A DNA stretch of 64,000 nucleotides from an uncultured delta proteobacterium (GTDB lineage: Bacteria; Desulfobacterota; Binatia; Binatales; Binataceae): positions 1,696,001 through 1,760,000 of the forward strand of contig CAWCDG010000004.1 in NCBI GenBank assembly GCA_963794325.1, in the 5' to 3' direction. The notes beneath the pieces were generated by a model. The model worked only from the letters and a program-made list of their open reading frames with translations, was not told where the DNA came from and made no database searches. A program made the position numbers and the translations under genes. Shown here piece after piece: positions 8,986 through 18,917 of the stretch; position 1 is the stretch's first letter, and each line of letters starts with the position of its first letter.

Positions 8986-11900
8986 ATGAGATGTTCTGGT
9001 TGCGGCGCTGAGAATCCGGCGGGGATGAAGTTCTGTGGCAGCTGCGGAGTTGCGCTGCGGAACAAATGTCCGCGCTGCGGATTTGAAAACTCGCCAGAGT
9101 TTAAATTTTGCGGGGAATGCGGGATGGCGCTGACGGTGGCTCGGGAAGCCATCGCTGGCGCGAACTCGCCTTCGCCGGTTGTCGAGCCCGCAGTGCGCGT
9201 CAGACTGGAGCACGAGGCGGCGGATGCGGCGGGCGGGGAGCGCAAGACTGTCACGGCGCTGTTTGCGGATATCAAAGGGTCGATGGATCTGATGGAGCGG
9301 CTCGATCCTGAAGAGGCGCGGGCGATTGTCGATCCGGCGCTGAAACTGATGATCGACGCGATGCATCGCTACGACGGTTACATCGTGCAGTCCACTGGCG
9401 ATGGAATCTTTGCGCTGTTCGGGGCGCCAGTTGCGCATGAAGATCATGCTCAGCGCGCGCTCTATGCTGCGCTGCGCGTGCAGGAGGACATGGCGAAATA
9501 TTCGGCCGGGTTGCGGGCACAGGGAAGTCCGCCGGTCGAGATTCGGGTGGGCCTCAACACCGGCGAGGTGGTGGTGCGCTCGATTCGCACCGACGACGCG
9601 CACACTGAGTACACGCCGATTGGGCATTCGATGAGCCTGGCAGCGCGAATGCAAACGCTCGCGCCGACCGGCTCGATCGTAATCACGGAGCAGACGCAGA
9701 AACTCACGGCCGGTTATTTCGAGTTGAAGCCGCTCGGCCCGGCGCGAATCAAAGGCGTCAGCGATCCGATCAACGTGTACGAGGTGCTTGGAATCGGTCC
9801 GCTCAAGACGCGGCTGCAGATGTCAGCGTCGCGCGGTTTGTCGAAGTTTGTCGGGCGACGCGCGGAGCTCGAGCAGCTCGACGGGGCGCTCGAGCTGGCG
9901 CGCGGCGGGCATGGCCAGATTGTCGCGGCGATGGCCGAGGCGGGAGTCGGCAAGTCGCGCCTGTTTCACGAATTCAAAATGCGCCGGCAGGCTGAATGCC
10001 TGGTGCTCGAAGCGTTCTCGTTCTCACACGGCAAAGCGTCGGCATATTTGCCGGTGGTCGATCTGTTGAAGACTTATTTCCGAATTGCCGATCGCGACGA
10101 CGAGCGCACGCGTCGCGAGAAGGTTACCGGCAAGGTGCTGGCGCTGGACCGCGCGCTCGAGGATACGTTGCCGCATCTGTTCGCGCTGCTCGGAATTCCG
10201 GCCGGCGACGCTGGCCTGGACGGGATGGACCCCGCGATTCGACGCCGCCGCACGCGCGAGGCGGTTAAGAGTCTGATCGTGCGCGAGAGCCTCAATCAGC
10301 CGCTGATTCTGATTTTCGAAGATCTCCATTGGGTCGATGCGGAGTCCGAAGCGCTGTTGCAGCTGATGGCCGATTCGCTTGGCACCGCGCAAATTTTGAT
10401 GATGGTCAACTATCGGCCCGAGTATCGCCATAGCTGGGGCAACAAAACCTACTACACGCAGTTGCGGCTCGATCCGCTGGGGCCCGACAACGCGGCCGAG
10501 CTGCTGACGGCGATGATTGGCGACGCGTCCGCGCTGGCGCCGTTGAAGACGACGATAATCGAACGCACCCAGGGCAATCCATTTTTCATGGAGGAGATGG
10601 TTCAGGTGCTGTTCGACCAGGGAGTGCTGGTGCGCGACGGCGAGGTGTCGATTGCCAAGCCACTCACTTCGATTGCGATACCGTCGACGGTCAAGGGTAT
10701 CCTTGCGGCGCGAATCGACAAGCTCGCTCCCGCGGACAAGGACCTGCTGCAATCGCTCGCGGTGATCGGCAAGGAATTTCCGATCGGCCTCGTGCGCCGC
10801 GTGGTCGGAAAGGCCGATGAAGAGCTGGCGCCGATGCTATCCAACCTGCAAGCGTCCGAGTTTATCTACGAACAACCGGCCTTTCCTGAAAACGAATACA
10901 CCTTCAAGCACGCGCTGACCCAGGAAGTCGCGTACGACTCGGTTTTGATGCAACGGCGCAGGGCGATCCATGAGCGCGCGGCGACGGCGCTCGAGGAGAT
11001 GTTCGCATCGACGCTGGACGATCACGTGGCCGAACTGGCGCATCACTACGGCCGCAGTGCGAACGCGCCGAAGGCGATAGAATATCTGCGCCGCGCGGCC
11101 GAGCAGGCGGGGGCGCGGTCGGCGTACAATGACGCGATCGGTTATGTGCGCGAGGGGTTGCGGCTCCTCGCGACGATGCCGGAATCGCGCGAGCGCGATC
11201 ACAGTGAGCTGAAGATCCAGATGATGATGGGGCCGCTGATCGTTGCGGTCCAGGGATTTTCGTCGGCGGAGTTGGCGACCAACGTCAAGCGCGCGCAGGA
11301 ACTATGCCGCAGCGCGGGCGAGACACCGGAAGTCTTCGCTGTGCTGGCGGGGCTGTGGAGCTTCGACCACGCGAACGGACAGCTGCGCGAAAGCCGCGAG
11401 CTCGCGGACAAATTGCTCACGATGGCCGAGCGCATGCAGACCGATCTGGCGACGGGAGTCGCGCATAACGCGATGGGAACGTCGTGTCTCTGGATGGGCG
11501 AATTTGCGGCGGCGCGCGAACATCTGGAGATTGCCGGCAAAGCCTTCGACCGCGATCTGCCGCGCTTCGTGCCGATGATGCAGACGCCGGTCACGCCGTC
11601 ACGCTGCAATCTTGCGTGGGCGCTTCATATGTCCGGATTTCCCGATCAGGCGCAACGCCGGATGGACGAAGCGACTGAAATGGCGCTGCAGATTCGCCGT
11701 CCGTTCAGCGTCGCGTTCGCCAATCTGTACGCGATCGTGCTGATGCACTTCCGGCGTGAATATGCGGACATACGGCCACGCTCGGAAGCCTTGATCGAAC
11801 TGTCTCGCGAAAATGGACTTCCCTTTTGGCTGGCGGCGGGAGAGATGTGCCTGGCGCGCACGATTGCCGGCGAGGGCGAGTTTAGCGGCGACGAAGCGGC

Positions 11901-12375
11901 GATGACGTCCGGGCTCGCGATGCTGAAAAAAGCCGTCGAGAGCCTGGCCGCCAGCGGCGCCGACCTGATCTACACGTTCTCATTCATCATGCTTGCGGAA
12001 GTCTATCTGACGATGAAACGAGTGGACGAATGCCTGCGCGCGCTCGACCAGATTGCGGAAAGGATCGAACAGAAGGATCATCGCCTGCTCGAGGTCGAAG
12101 TTCACCGGATCCGCGGCGAGGCTATTCTGCTGCGTCCCGACGGCGCCCTCGAAGCCGAGCGATGCTTCCGGCGCGCAATCGAGATTGGGGTGCGTCAGGG
12201 AGCGCGCTCATGGAAACTGCGCGCCGCGACGAGCCTGGCGCGGCTGTTAATGAAGACGGCCAGGCGCGACGAGGCGCGCGCAACCTTGACGCCGGCGTTC
12301 GCGGAGTTCACCGAGGGCTTCGATACGACCGATCTGCGCGAGGCGAAAGCGATACTCGAAGAATTAAAATCGTAG
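8986..12375 (+). CDS. Double zinc ribbon - class III adenylate/guanylate cyclase - STAND/AAA ATPase - TPR protein
   Basis: Four CxxC pairs; ERKTVTALFADIKGS, TGDG, IRVGLNTGE; Walker A AEAGVGKS; FEDLHW; GNPFF; C-terminal EGFDT.DL. Confidence 0.92.
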   Translation: MRCSGCGAENPAGMKFCGSCGVALRNKCPRCGFENSPEFKFCGECGMALTVAREAIAGANSPSPVVEPAVRVRLEHEAADAAGGERKTVTALFADIKGSMDLMERLDPEEARAIVDPALKLMIDAMHRYDGYIVQSTGDGIFALFGAPVAHEDHAQRALYAALRVQEDMAKYSAGLRAQGSPPVEIRVGLNTGEVVVRSIRTDDAHTEYTPIGHSMSLAARMQTLAPTGSIVITEQTQKLTAGYFELKPLGPARIKGVSDPINVYEVLGIGPLKTRLQMSASRGLSKFVGRRAELEQLDGALELARGGHGQIVAAMAEAGVGKSRLFHEFKMRRQAECLVLEAFSFSHGKASAYLPVVDLLKTYFRIADRDDERTRREKVTGKVLALDRALEDTLPHLFALLGIPAGDAGLDGMDPAIRRRRTREAVKSLIVRESLNQPLILIFEDLHWVDAESEALLQLMADSLGTAQILMMVNYRPEYRHSWGNKTYYTQLRLDPLGPDNAAELLTAMIGDASALAPLKTTIIERTQGNPFFMEEMVQVLFDQGVLVRDGEVSIAKPLTSIAIPSTVKGILAARIDKLAPADKDLLQSLAVIGKEFPIGLVRRVVGKADEELAPMLSNLQASEFIYEQPAFPENEYTFKHALTQEVAYDSVLMQRRRAIHERAATALEEMFASTLDDHVAELAHHYGRSANAPKAIEYLRRAAEQAGARSAYNDAIGYVREGLRLLATMPESRERDHSELKIQMMMGPLIVAVQGFSSAELATNVKRAQELCRSAGETPEVFAVLAGLWSFDHANGQLRESRELADKLLTMAERMQTDLATGVAHNAMGTSCLWMGEFAAAREHLEIAGKAFDRDLPRFVPMMQTPVTPSRCNLAWALHMSGFPDQAQRRMDEATEMALQIRRPFSVAFANLYAIVLMHFRREYADIRPRSEALIELSRENGLPFWLAAGEMCLARTIAGEGEFSGDEAAMTSGLAMLKKAVESLAASGADLIYTFSFIMLAEVYLTMKRVDECLRALDQIAERIEQKDHRLLEVEVHRIRGEAILLRPDGALEAERCFRRAIEIGVRQGARSWKLRAATSLARLLMKTARRDEARATLTPAFAEFTEGFDTTDLREAKAILEELKS

Positions 12376-12385
12376 CGCGATGCGC

Positions 12386-13630
12386 TTAGAGCATGCGGCC
12401 TATCTTCTGGCGCAGGCGGCCGAAGAATCCGGCGCGAGCGACTTCACGTTTAGCCACGATCGGAATCGTCGCTTCAGGCTTGCCATTAAACAGGACCGTC
12501 AGATTGCCGACCGAGACTCCCGGTTGAACCGGCGCCTCGAGGTACCGCACTGACGGCTCGAACTGAACCGTCGCCTTGGTCTCCTCGCCGCGCCCGAGCG
12601 TAAACACCGCATCGCCATTAGGCCCGATCGCGACAGTTTCATCGACACCGTCGTGCACTGGTATCGTCCTGGGCAGCGTCTTTCTCAGATCAGGCCGGTA
12701 GCTGACGAAAGTGCGAAACGCCCAATCGATCAATTTCTCGGATTCGGTAACGCGCCGCGCCTCGCTCGGCGCGCCCAGCACCGCCGACAGCAGATTCATC
12801 CCGTTGGAGGTCGCCGACGCGACCAGATGATAGCCGGCTTCGTCGACGTGGCCGGTCTTGATTCCGTTCACGCGCGGGTCGTGGAGCAGCAGCTTGTTGA
12901 AGTTTGGCTGCGAGATTTTGTCGAAGGTGAATTCCTTGGCCGAGGTGTATTTGATCGCTTCAGGATGATGCGTGACGAGCGAGTGTGCCAGCGCGACCAT
13001 GTCGGCCGCGGTGGTGAACTCGCCTTCTTCGGGCAGGCCGTCGGGATTGTCGAAGTGAGTCTCCTTGAGGCCGATTTCCGCGGCCTTGTCGTTCATCATC
13101 TTGGTGAACGCATCGGTGCTTCCTCCGAGGTATTCAGCGAGCGCGACGGCGGCATCGTTGCCCGAGGAGACCATCAGACCAAAAAGGAGATCGTTCACCG
13201 CGACTTTCTGCCCGACGCCCAGGAACATCCGCGAGACGGTATCGTTCATGGAGAGCCGCCAGGCATTTTCGCTGATCGTGATGTCGGTCGAAGGCGAGAT
13301 CTTGCCCGCCTTGAGCGCGTCGAGAGTGAGATAGAACGTCATGATCTTCGCGAGGCTCGCGGGCTGCATCTTCTCGTGCTCGTTGTAGGCGTACAGCACC
13401 GCACCGGTGTCGGCGTCGATCATCATGGCGGCCCTCGCGTCGAGGGCGAACGGCGCCGGCCGATCTCCGAGCACGTGAATCGAGCTCAGCGCAACGGCTG
13501 GGGCCTCTTCGTGCGGCTTCGGTGCGACGGGATGCCGGTGAATGACCTTCGCAAACGCAGCAGTGGAACTCGCCGCCACCACAGCGATCGCTGCAAGCAC
13601 AATTATTTTCGAGATTGGTTTTATCCGCAC
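12386..13630 (-). CDS. dacA: D-alanyl-D-alanine carboxypeptidase (PBP5/6, peptidase S11)
   Basis: SxxK (ASLAK), SGN and KTG motifs; signal peptide; GTG start approximate. Confidence 0.9.
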   Translation of the reverse strand: MRIKPISKIIVLAAIAVVAASSTAAFAKVIHRHPVAPKPHEEAPAVALSSIHVLGDRPAPFALDARAAMMIDADTGAVLYAYNEHEKMQPASLAKIMTFYLTLDALKAGKISPSTDITISENAWRLSMNDTVSRMFLGVGQKVAVNDLLFGLMVSSGNDAAVALAEYLGGSTDAFTKMMNDKAAEIGLKETHFDNPDGLPEEGEFTTAADMVALAHSLVTHHPEAIKYTSAKEFTFDKISQPNFNKLLLHDPRVNGIKTGHVDEAGYHLVASATSNGMNLLSAVLGAPSEARRVTESEKLIDWAFRTFVSYRPDLRKTLPRTIPVHDGVDETVAIGPNGDAVFTLGRGEETKATVQFEPSVRYLEAPVQPGVSVGNLTVLFNGKPEATIPIVAKREVARAGFFGRLRQKIGRML

Positions 13631-13733
13631 GCCCGTCCTCAGCCGCCTGAACAGATTACTACGCGAGCGCCCGACGCGCGACGTTCGCCAATCGTCATAT
13701 TCCATTTTGTCGAAGCATAAAGGAAACTGAACC

Positions 13734-15047
13734 TTGGTGGATATCTCCGTAATTTTACCGGTCATGAACGAGGCCGAAAACCTGCGGGTGCTGATCCCCA
13801 GGCTGACCGCGTTGCTGGACCGCGAGCGGATCAGTCACGAGATCGTCGTGATCGACGGCCCCTCCACCGACGGCACTCGTGAAGTATCGCAGGAACTCGG
13901 CGCGCGGGTGGTTGAAGAACGCCGGCACGGATTCGCAGGCGCGTTGGAGACGGGTATTGCCGAGGCGCGCGGCGACTACGTGCTGACGCTCGACGCCGAC
14001 CAATCGCACGACCCGGATTTCGTCGTCAAGATGTGGCGCGCTCGGACGCGCGCGGACATCGTAGTTGCGTCGCGCTACGTGCTGGGCGGCGTCGCTTACT
14101 CGGATTTTATCCGCCGATCGACCAGCTGGTTTCTGAACCAGGCATTGCGGCGGATGCTCTCGATACCGGTGCTCGACATGTCCAGCGGATATCGCCTGTA
14201 CCGGCGCGAGGTGTTTGCCGAGCTGGAACTCACCTCCTCGAACTTCGAGGTGCAGGAGGAAATCCTGGTCAAGGCCTACGCCAGCGGATTCAGCGTGGTG
14301 GAAGTTCCGTTCACCTATTTTCCGCGCGGCGCGGGACGCTCGCACGCGAAGCTATTCAGCTTCGGCTGGAAGATTTTCCGCTCTTCGCTGTCACTGTGGA
14401 AAATCCGCAACTCGCTCATGTCCGCCGACTATGACGAGCGCGCCTTCTACAGCCGGATTCCGCCGCAACGCTATTGGCAGCGCCGGCGCCACCGCATCAC
14501 TGTGCTATGGGCGCGCGGCGCAGACCGGGTACTCGACGCGGGATGCGGCTCCAGCTTGATCGTGCAGAGCCTCAACAACGTGGTCGGCATGGACTTCAAC
14601 TACGCGAAGCTCCGCTTCTTACGCCGCTACGGGATTCCGCTGATCAACGGATCGGCCTTCGCGCTGCCATTCAAGGACGGCTCCTTCGATTGCGTAATGA
14701 GCTCGCAGGTCATTGAGCATATTCGATACGACGAGTCGATTTTCAGCGAGATGCATCGGGTGCTCCGCGCGGGCGGCACGTTGGTACTCGGCACACCCGA
14801 CTACGCGACTATTGGCTGGCGGATGATCGAGCCGATTTATGGATTTCTGATGCCGGGCGGATACAAGGACCAGCACATTACGCATTACACGCTCGACCAG
14901 CTGCGCGAGATCCTGACGCGCTACGGAATCGTGATCGAGGAGGTTGCTTACATCGCGCGCAGCGAAGTGATCCTCAAGTGCCGCAAGACTGGAATTGAGA
15001 ATCGTGCGCGGGCTGAGGCCGCCGCGGTCGCATCGACGGCGGCATGA
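13734..15047 (+). CDS. GT2 polyprenol-phosphate glycosyltransferase fused to a class I SAM methyltransferase
   Basis: SVILPV.NE, DAD, SSGYRLY; C-terminal VLDAGCGS, VIEH, RVLRAGG. Confidence 0.88.
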   Translation: MVDISVILPVMNEAENLRVLIPRLTALLDRERISHEIVVIDGPSTDGTREVSQELGARVVEERRHGFAGALETGIAEARGDYVLTLDADQSHDPDFVVKMWRARTRADIVVASRYVLGGVAYSDFIRRSTSWFLNQALRRMLSIPVLDMSSGYRLYRREVFAELELTSSNFEVQEEILVKAYASGFSVVEVPFTYFPRGAGRSHAKLFSFGWKIFRSSLSLWKIRNSLMSADYDERAFYSRIPPQRYWQRRRHRITVLWARGADRVLDAGCGSSLIVQSLNNVVGMDFNYAKLRFLRRYGIPLINGSAFALPFKDGSFDCVMSSQVIEHIRYDESIFSEMHRVLRAGGTLVLGTPDYATIGWRMIEPIYGFLMPGGYKDQHITHYTLDQLREILTRYGIVIEEVAYIARSEVILKCRKTGIENRARAEAAAVASTAA

Positions 15048-15475
15048 AGGCTGAGCGAGTCGTGCCGCTGAGAAGATCAGCCGGTGCGCTGTCTATTCTG
15101 CTGGCGATCGCGACTTGCACCGCCTCGTGCTCGAGCAATGAGGAGCAGGCGCCCGAGATGAATCTGCCCAGCATGCAAATCTCGCCCGCTGCGCCCGGCA
15201 GTTGCCGGATCGATGCAATCAAGATGTGCCAGGCGGAGGGCGGCGGGAGCGCGGCGCCGCAGGAGGAGCAGAAGGCGACGATGCCGATGCCTACCTACGG
15301 ACCTCCCAATCTTCCTGACTCAATCGAATTTCAAATTCCCGCGGGCCAGGCAATCAAGCTGACGTGCTATTACGATCCCCAGCACAAATCGGTTTACAAG
15401 GCCGACGCCACCCCGGACGCCGCGCTTACGGCGAACTCGGTCGAGTACATGACAAAACAGGGCTTCTGCGAGTAG
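15044..15475 (+). CDS. Hypothetical lipoprotein
   Basis: Hydrophobic leader with lipobox-like Cys; ATGA overlap with the upstream gene. Confidence 0.6.
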   Translation: MKAERVVPLRRSAGALSILLAIATCTASCSSNEEQAPEMNLPSMQISPAAPGSCRIDAIKMCQAEGGGSAAPQEEQKATMPMPTYGPPNLPDSIEFQIPAGQAIKLTCYYDPQHKSVYKADATPDAALTANSVEYMTKQGFCE

Positions 15476-15485
15476 AGGCCCTCGG

Positions 15486-16070
15486 CTACTGGCCCGCGCG
15501 GTCGGCGGCTTTCTGCGCGGCGGCTGCTGCCGCTGCCGCGGCGGCGTGGGTCTGAGCAGTCTTTTCCATGGCGGCTTTGCGCTGCTCGCCGCGCGCGAGA
15601 TTCTGTCTCATCTGAGCCCCGCCTGCGGCGCCCAGATCTTGCGATTCCCACTTGGGCTTCGCGACCGAGACCCATCGGCCACCATCGAGCGCGTAGGTGA
15701 AAACCAGGTACTTGAGCTTGCCGGTCGCGAAACCTTTGGGGGTGCCGCCCTTCTTGCTCGGATCGTACTCGACCCCGCCGAGCTTGCAGCTTACGACGAG
15801 ATGGTTGTGCGGGCCGTAGGTTGGCAGATACTCGAACTTCTGCATCAGGTCGATGTACACTTGGCCCTTGCCTTTCTTTTCATCCTGCTCGTCGAAGTAG
15901 GGCCCGGACACATCGGAGAGTTTGTCCTGGAGCGACTGCTCCAGGGCGGGCGTCAGATCCTTTTGCGCGCGCGCATGTTGCAAGTCATATGCATTTGCGA
16001 GCGACGCATTCAGCGGAAAAAAGAGCGCGGCCGCAAGGGCGACCGCGCTGAGGATCTTGAGGTTCTTCAT
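15486..16070 (-). CDS. Secreted hypothetical protein with Ala-rich tail
   Basis: Sec signal (..LANA); co-oriented downstream of the exbBD-VWA genes. Confidence 0.7.
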   Translation of the reverse strand: MKNLKILSAVALAAALFFPLNASLANAYDLQHARAQKDLTPALEQSLQDKLSDVSGPYFDEQDEKKGKGQVYIDLMQKFEYLPTYGPHNHLVVSCKLGGVEYDPSKKGGTPKGFATGKLKYLVFTYALDGGRWVSVAKPKWESQDLGAAGGAQMRQNLARGEQRKAAMEKTAQTHAAAAAAAAAAQKAADRAGQ

Positions 16071-16116
16071 AACGTCCCAGCCATCGTCTTACTAGACGAC
16101 TGGCTCGCGCAAATAT

Positions 16117-17340
16117 TTACTGACTCCCGCTGCCGCCGCTATTCAGCCCGCGGCCGAAAGCAGACACTTGCGACTGCCACTGGTCGCCGAAGGCGAGGAT
16201 CAGGACCTGCTGGTTGATATGGGCGTCCTTGGTCAGCGACTTCATCGAGCCGCCACCCGCTGCCGCGAGCACTTTGTACGCCGCTTGAGTCTGCCGATAG
16301 AACGCCGGCAACGGCGAGATCTTCGGCGGCTCCTCGCGATGCACCTTCAGCCAGAACTCGCGCTCGAACCGCTCGTGCTCTTCAGCCGCGACGTCCACCG
16401 TGTTGAAAGTCCCGTTGTTGGATTTGAATTGGCGTATCAGCGCAAGCAGCGGTGCGAAGTCCTCGGTGCGCGGGGGCGAATCGCCGACCAGCACCACGAC
16501 CTTCTTGGCGTACGGCTTCCAGTCCATCTTGTTGATTCCGGTCTGGACCGCGCCCAGCGTGTCCTCTTCCCATTCGCCGCCGCCCATCGCCTGGATGCCG
16601 TTAAGGAATTCGCTGAGCTTCTGCGGCGACAGCGTCAGCGGCTGGATATTCATCTTCTCGCCCTTGCCGCCGAACACGATTATTCCGATTCGCGCAATCG
16701 GCACCAGCCGGTGAATCGACTGAACGAGTTGCTCCATCTTGGCTTTGACGTCGTCGATGATCAGTTTCATCGAGCCGGTGCCGTCGATTACCAGCACCAC
16801 GTCGAGGCCTTTACGTCGCAGCTCGCCGATGAAGCCGCCGAAGCCCGAGCCGATGCCGTGGCCGTAGCCTGAGCCCATGCCGCCGCCACGGCCGATACCG
16901 ATACCGCCGCCGCCGGCTGCGCGCACGTAGTCATTGGCGAGACCGACTGCCTGCGAGGTGTCGACCGCGGTCGGCTGTTCCATCTGTTGCGGCGCCGAGT
17001 CGGGCATCGGCACTTCGGGCATGTCGAGATCCTGCATCTCGTTGCCGCCGCCACCGCCGCCGCCCGCCTCGAGGTTCACCATGATCAATTCGCGGCCACG
17101 CTGCTCGTGGACCGTGATGATCAGGAAAAGCAGGGCGAGAACGTGAAGGGCGACCGATAGAGGAAAAGGCCCGATCAACAGACCAAGCGCATCTTTTATC
17201 TTCTGCAGGCGGGTCGCATCCGCCTCGTCATCGTCGCGATTGGCCTCGGCGAGGGCCTCTCGCTTGCCGATAATTCGGTAGAAGATAAAAGCGACGACGA
17301 ACGTCGAGAGGACCAGTAAAGCGATGATTACTGCGATCAT
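16117..17340 (-). CDS. Membrane-anchored VWA-domain protein with TonB/TolA-like SxxxH helix
   Basis: Two TM segments, the second SVALHVLALL; Gly/Pro linker; MIDAS-type DGTGS; LVGDSPP. Confidence 0.85.
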   Translation of the reverse strand: MIAVIIALLVLSTFVVAFIFYRIIGKREALAEANRDDDEADATRLQKIKDALGLLIGPFPLSVALHVLALLFLIITVHEQRGRELIMVNLEAGGGGGGGNEMQDLDMPEVPMPDSAPQQMEQPTAVDTSQAVGLANDYVRAAGGGGIGIGRGGGMGSGYGHGIGSGFGGFIGELRRKGLDVVLVIDGTGSMKLIIDDVKAKMEQLVQSIHRLVPIARIGIIVFGGKGEKMNIQPLTLSPQKLSEFLNGIQAMGGGEWEEDTLGAVQTGINKMDWKPYAKKVVVLVGDSPPRTEDFAPLLALIRQFKSNNGTFNTVDVAAEEHERFEREFWLKVHREEPPKISPLPAFYRQTQAAYKVLAAAGGGSMKSLTKDAHINQQVLILAFGDQWQSQVSAFGRGLNSGGSGSQ

Positions 17341-17350
17341 ATGTAAATTC

Positions 17351-17812
17351 CTACGCTCCGCCTCCGGGGGCCGGCGCGCCGCCGCCTCCTGGAGGTAGCG
17401 AAGAGACTGCTATTGCGATTGCTTCGGCACCTGCCGACTTTGCAAGGTCAAGGATACGAACCATATCTCCCAGTATAACCTTTGGGTCGCCCTGGAAAAT
17501 CACAATCTTGTCGGTCGAATTCTGCAAGGCATCATGAAGCTGCGGCACCAGCTCGGCCTCAGTGACCTGCTTGTCGTTGAGGTACACCAGATGCTCCGCC
17601 GTATACGTGACGATGATGCCCTTGGGCTTGTCGGTGGTCGTAGTTTGATCATTGGCTTTCGGTAAATCGACGTGCGCCGCCGATTCGATCGTCACTGCCG
17701 TGGTCACCATGAAGATGATCAGCAGGACGAGAAAAATATCGGTCAGCGGGGTGATATTGATATCGGCAAATACCCCGCCGCCTTTGTTCTTAGTCATTTT
17801 TCCTTTTGCCAT
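17351..17812 (-). CDS. exbD: ExbD/TolR family protein
   Basis: INITPLTDIFLVLLIIFMV signature. Confidence 0.9.
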   Translation of the reverse strand: MAKGKMTKNKGGGVFADINITPLTDIFLVLLIIFMVTTAVTIESAAHVDLPKANDQTTTTDKPKGIIVTYTAEHLVYLNDKQVTEAELVPQLHDALQNSTDKIVIFQGDPKVILGDMVRILDLAKSAGAEAIAIAVSSLPPGGGGAPAPGGGA

Positions 17813-17836
17813 GCGCAATACCTCAGCGGATGCCGA

Positions 17837-18286
17837 TCAACTTCCACCACCGGAGGGGTTGTTGGCTAATTGCGCGCCGGTCACCCGCTTGGCCGCGATT
17901 GCAATTTGTTCGGCGCCGGCTTGTTTGGCGATTCCGAGAATCCGCACCATGTCGCCGAGCAGCACTTTGCGATCGCCCTGGAAGACGACGATCTTCTGAT
18001 CGACCTTGGCCAGCGCCTCGCTCAAGGCGGACTTGAGTTCGCGCTCGGGCACGTCCTTCGAGTTCACGAACAGCTCGTGCTGTGCGGTGTAGGTTACGAT
18101 GACGCCCTTGTTTTCGGGCGCGGTGTTGGTTGCGTTAGGCAGATCGACGTGTGCGGCGGACTCGATGGTGACGGAAGTCGTCACCATGAAGATGATCAGC
18201 AGAACCAGGAAGATGTCGGTCAGCGGCGTGATATTGATGTCGGCGAATACCCCGCCTTCGCTGCCATGAGGTCCGCTAATTGCCAC
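17837..18286 (-). CDS. exbD: ExbD/TolR family protein (second copy)
   Basis: INITPLTDIFLVLLIIFMV signature. Confidence 0.9.
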   Translation of the reverse strand: MAISGPHGSEGGVFADINITPLTDIFLVLLIIFMVTTSVTIESAAHVDLPNATNTAPENKGVIVTYTAQHELFVNSKDVPERELKSALSEALAKVDQKIVVFQGDRKVLLGDMVRILGIAKQAGAEQIAIAAKRVTGAQLANNPSGGGS

Positions 18287-18917
18287 GCGCTTGTCTCCCT
18301 TGGAGTGCGGCGTCGATCAGACGGTCGTCGTTGATGTGCTGGATCGCGCTGATGTTCTCAACCTTGACCGAAAAATAGTTGTAGAAAATAACCGCGACGA
18401 TCGCGACCGCGAGTCCGAGCGCAGTCGAAATCAATGCTTCCGAAATACCGGCCGCGACGACCGAGAAACCGCCGGTACCCATGATTGCCATCGACTGGAA
18501 CGCCACCAGAATACCGACGACCGTGCCGAACAGCCCGATGAACGGTGCCGATGCGCCCGCAGTCGCGAGTACCCAGATGTAGCGCTTGAACTCGAGGCCT
18601 TCCTGATAGCGCCGCTCGTCGTCGAGCTCGAGCAGATGGTCGCGGTCCATCGTCTGCGCGCCCGAAATCAGCGTGTGGAAGATACGCTCGGCCGCCGTCG
18701 CGCGAGCCTGCGTCGCTTGCAGTGCTTCGTTGAACTTGCCCTGACGCAGTTGCGGGATCAGGCCGTCGGCCAGCTTGGCCGTTCTCGGTCCTACGCCCCA
18801 TAGCGCCCACACGCGCTCGAAAATGATTGCGAGGCATACGACCGAAATGAAGAGCAGGGGATACGTCGCATAGTATCCCTGCTGGATCATACCCAGAATT
18901 CCGAATTGGCTTTGCAT
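18276..18917 (-). CDS. exbB: MotA/TolQ/ExbB proton channel protein
   Basis: APFIGLFGTVVGI and GISEALISTALGL motifs. Confidence 0.92.
   Translation of the reverse strand: MQSQFGILGMIQQGYYATYPLLFISVVCLAIIFERVWALWGVGPRTAKLADGLIPQLRQGKFNEALQATQARATAAERIFHTLISGAQTMDRDHLLELDDERRYQEGLEFKRYIWVLATAGASAPFIGLFGTVVGILVAFQSMAIMGTGGFSVVAAGISEALISTALGLAVAIVAVIFYNYFSVKVENISAIQHINDDRLIDAALQGRQARGN

Noticed and set aside
16850-17070. GCC/GGC microsatellite as a phase-variation tract
   Set aside because: Imperfect triplets encoding a Gly linker; length changes would keep the frame
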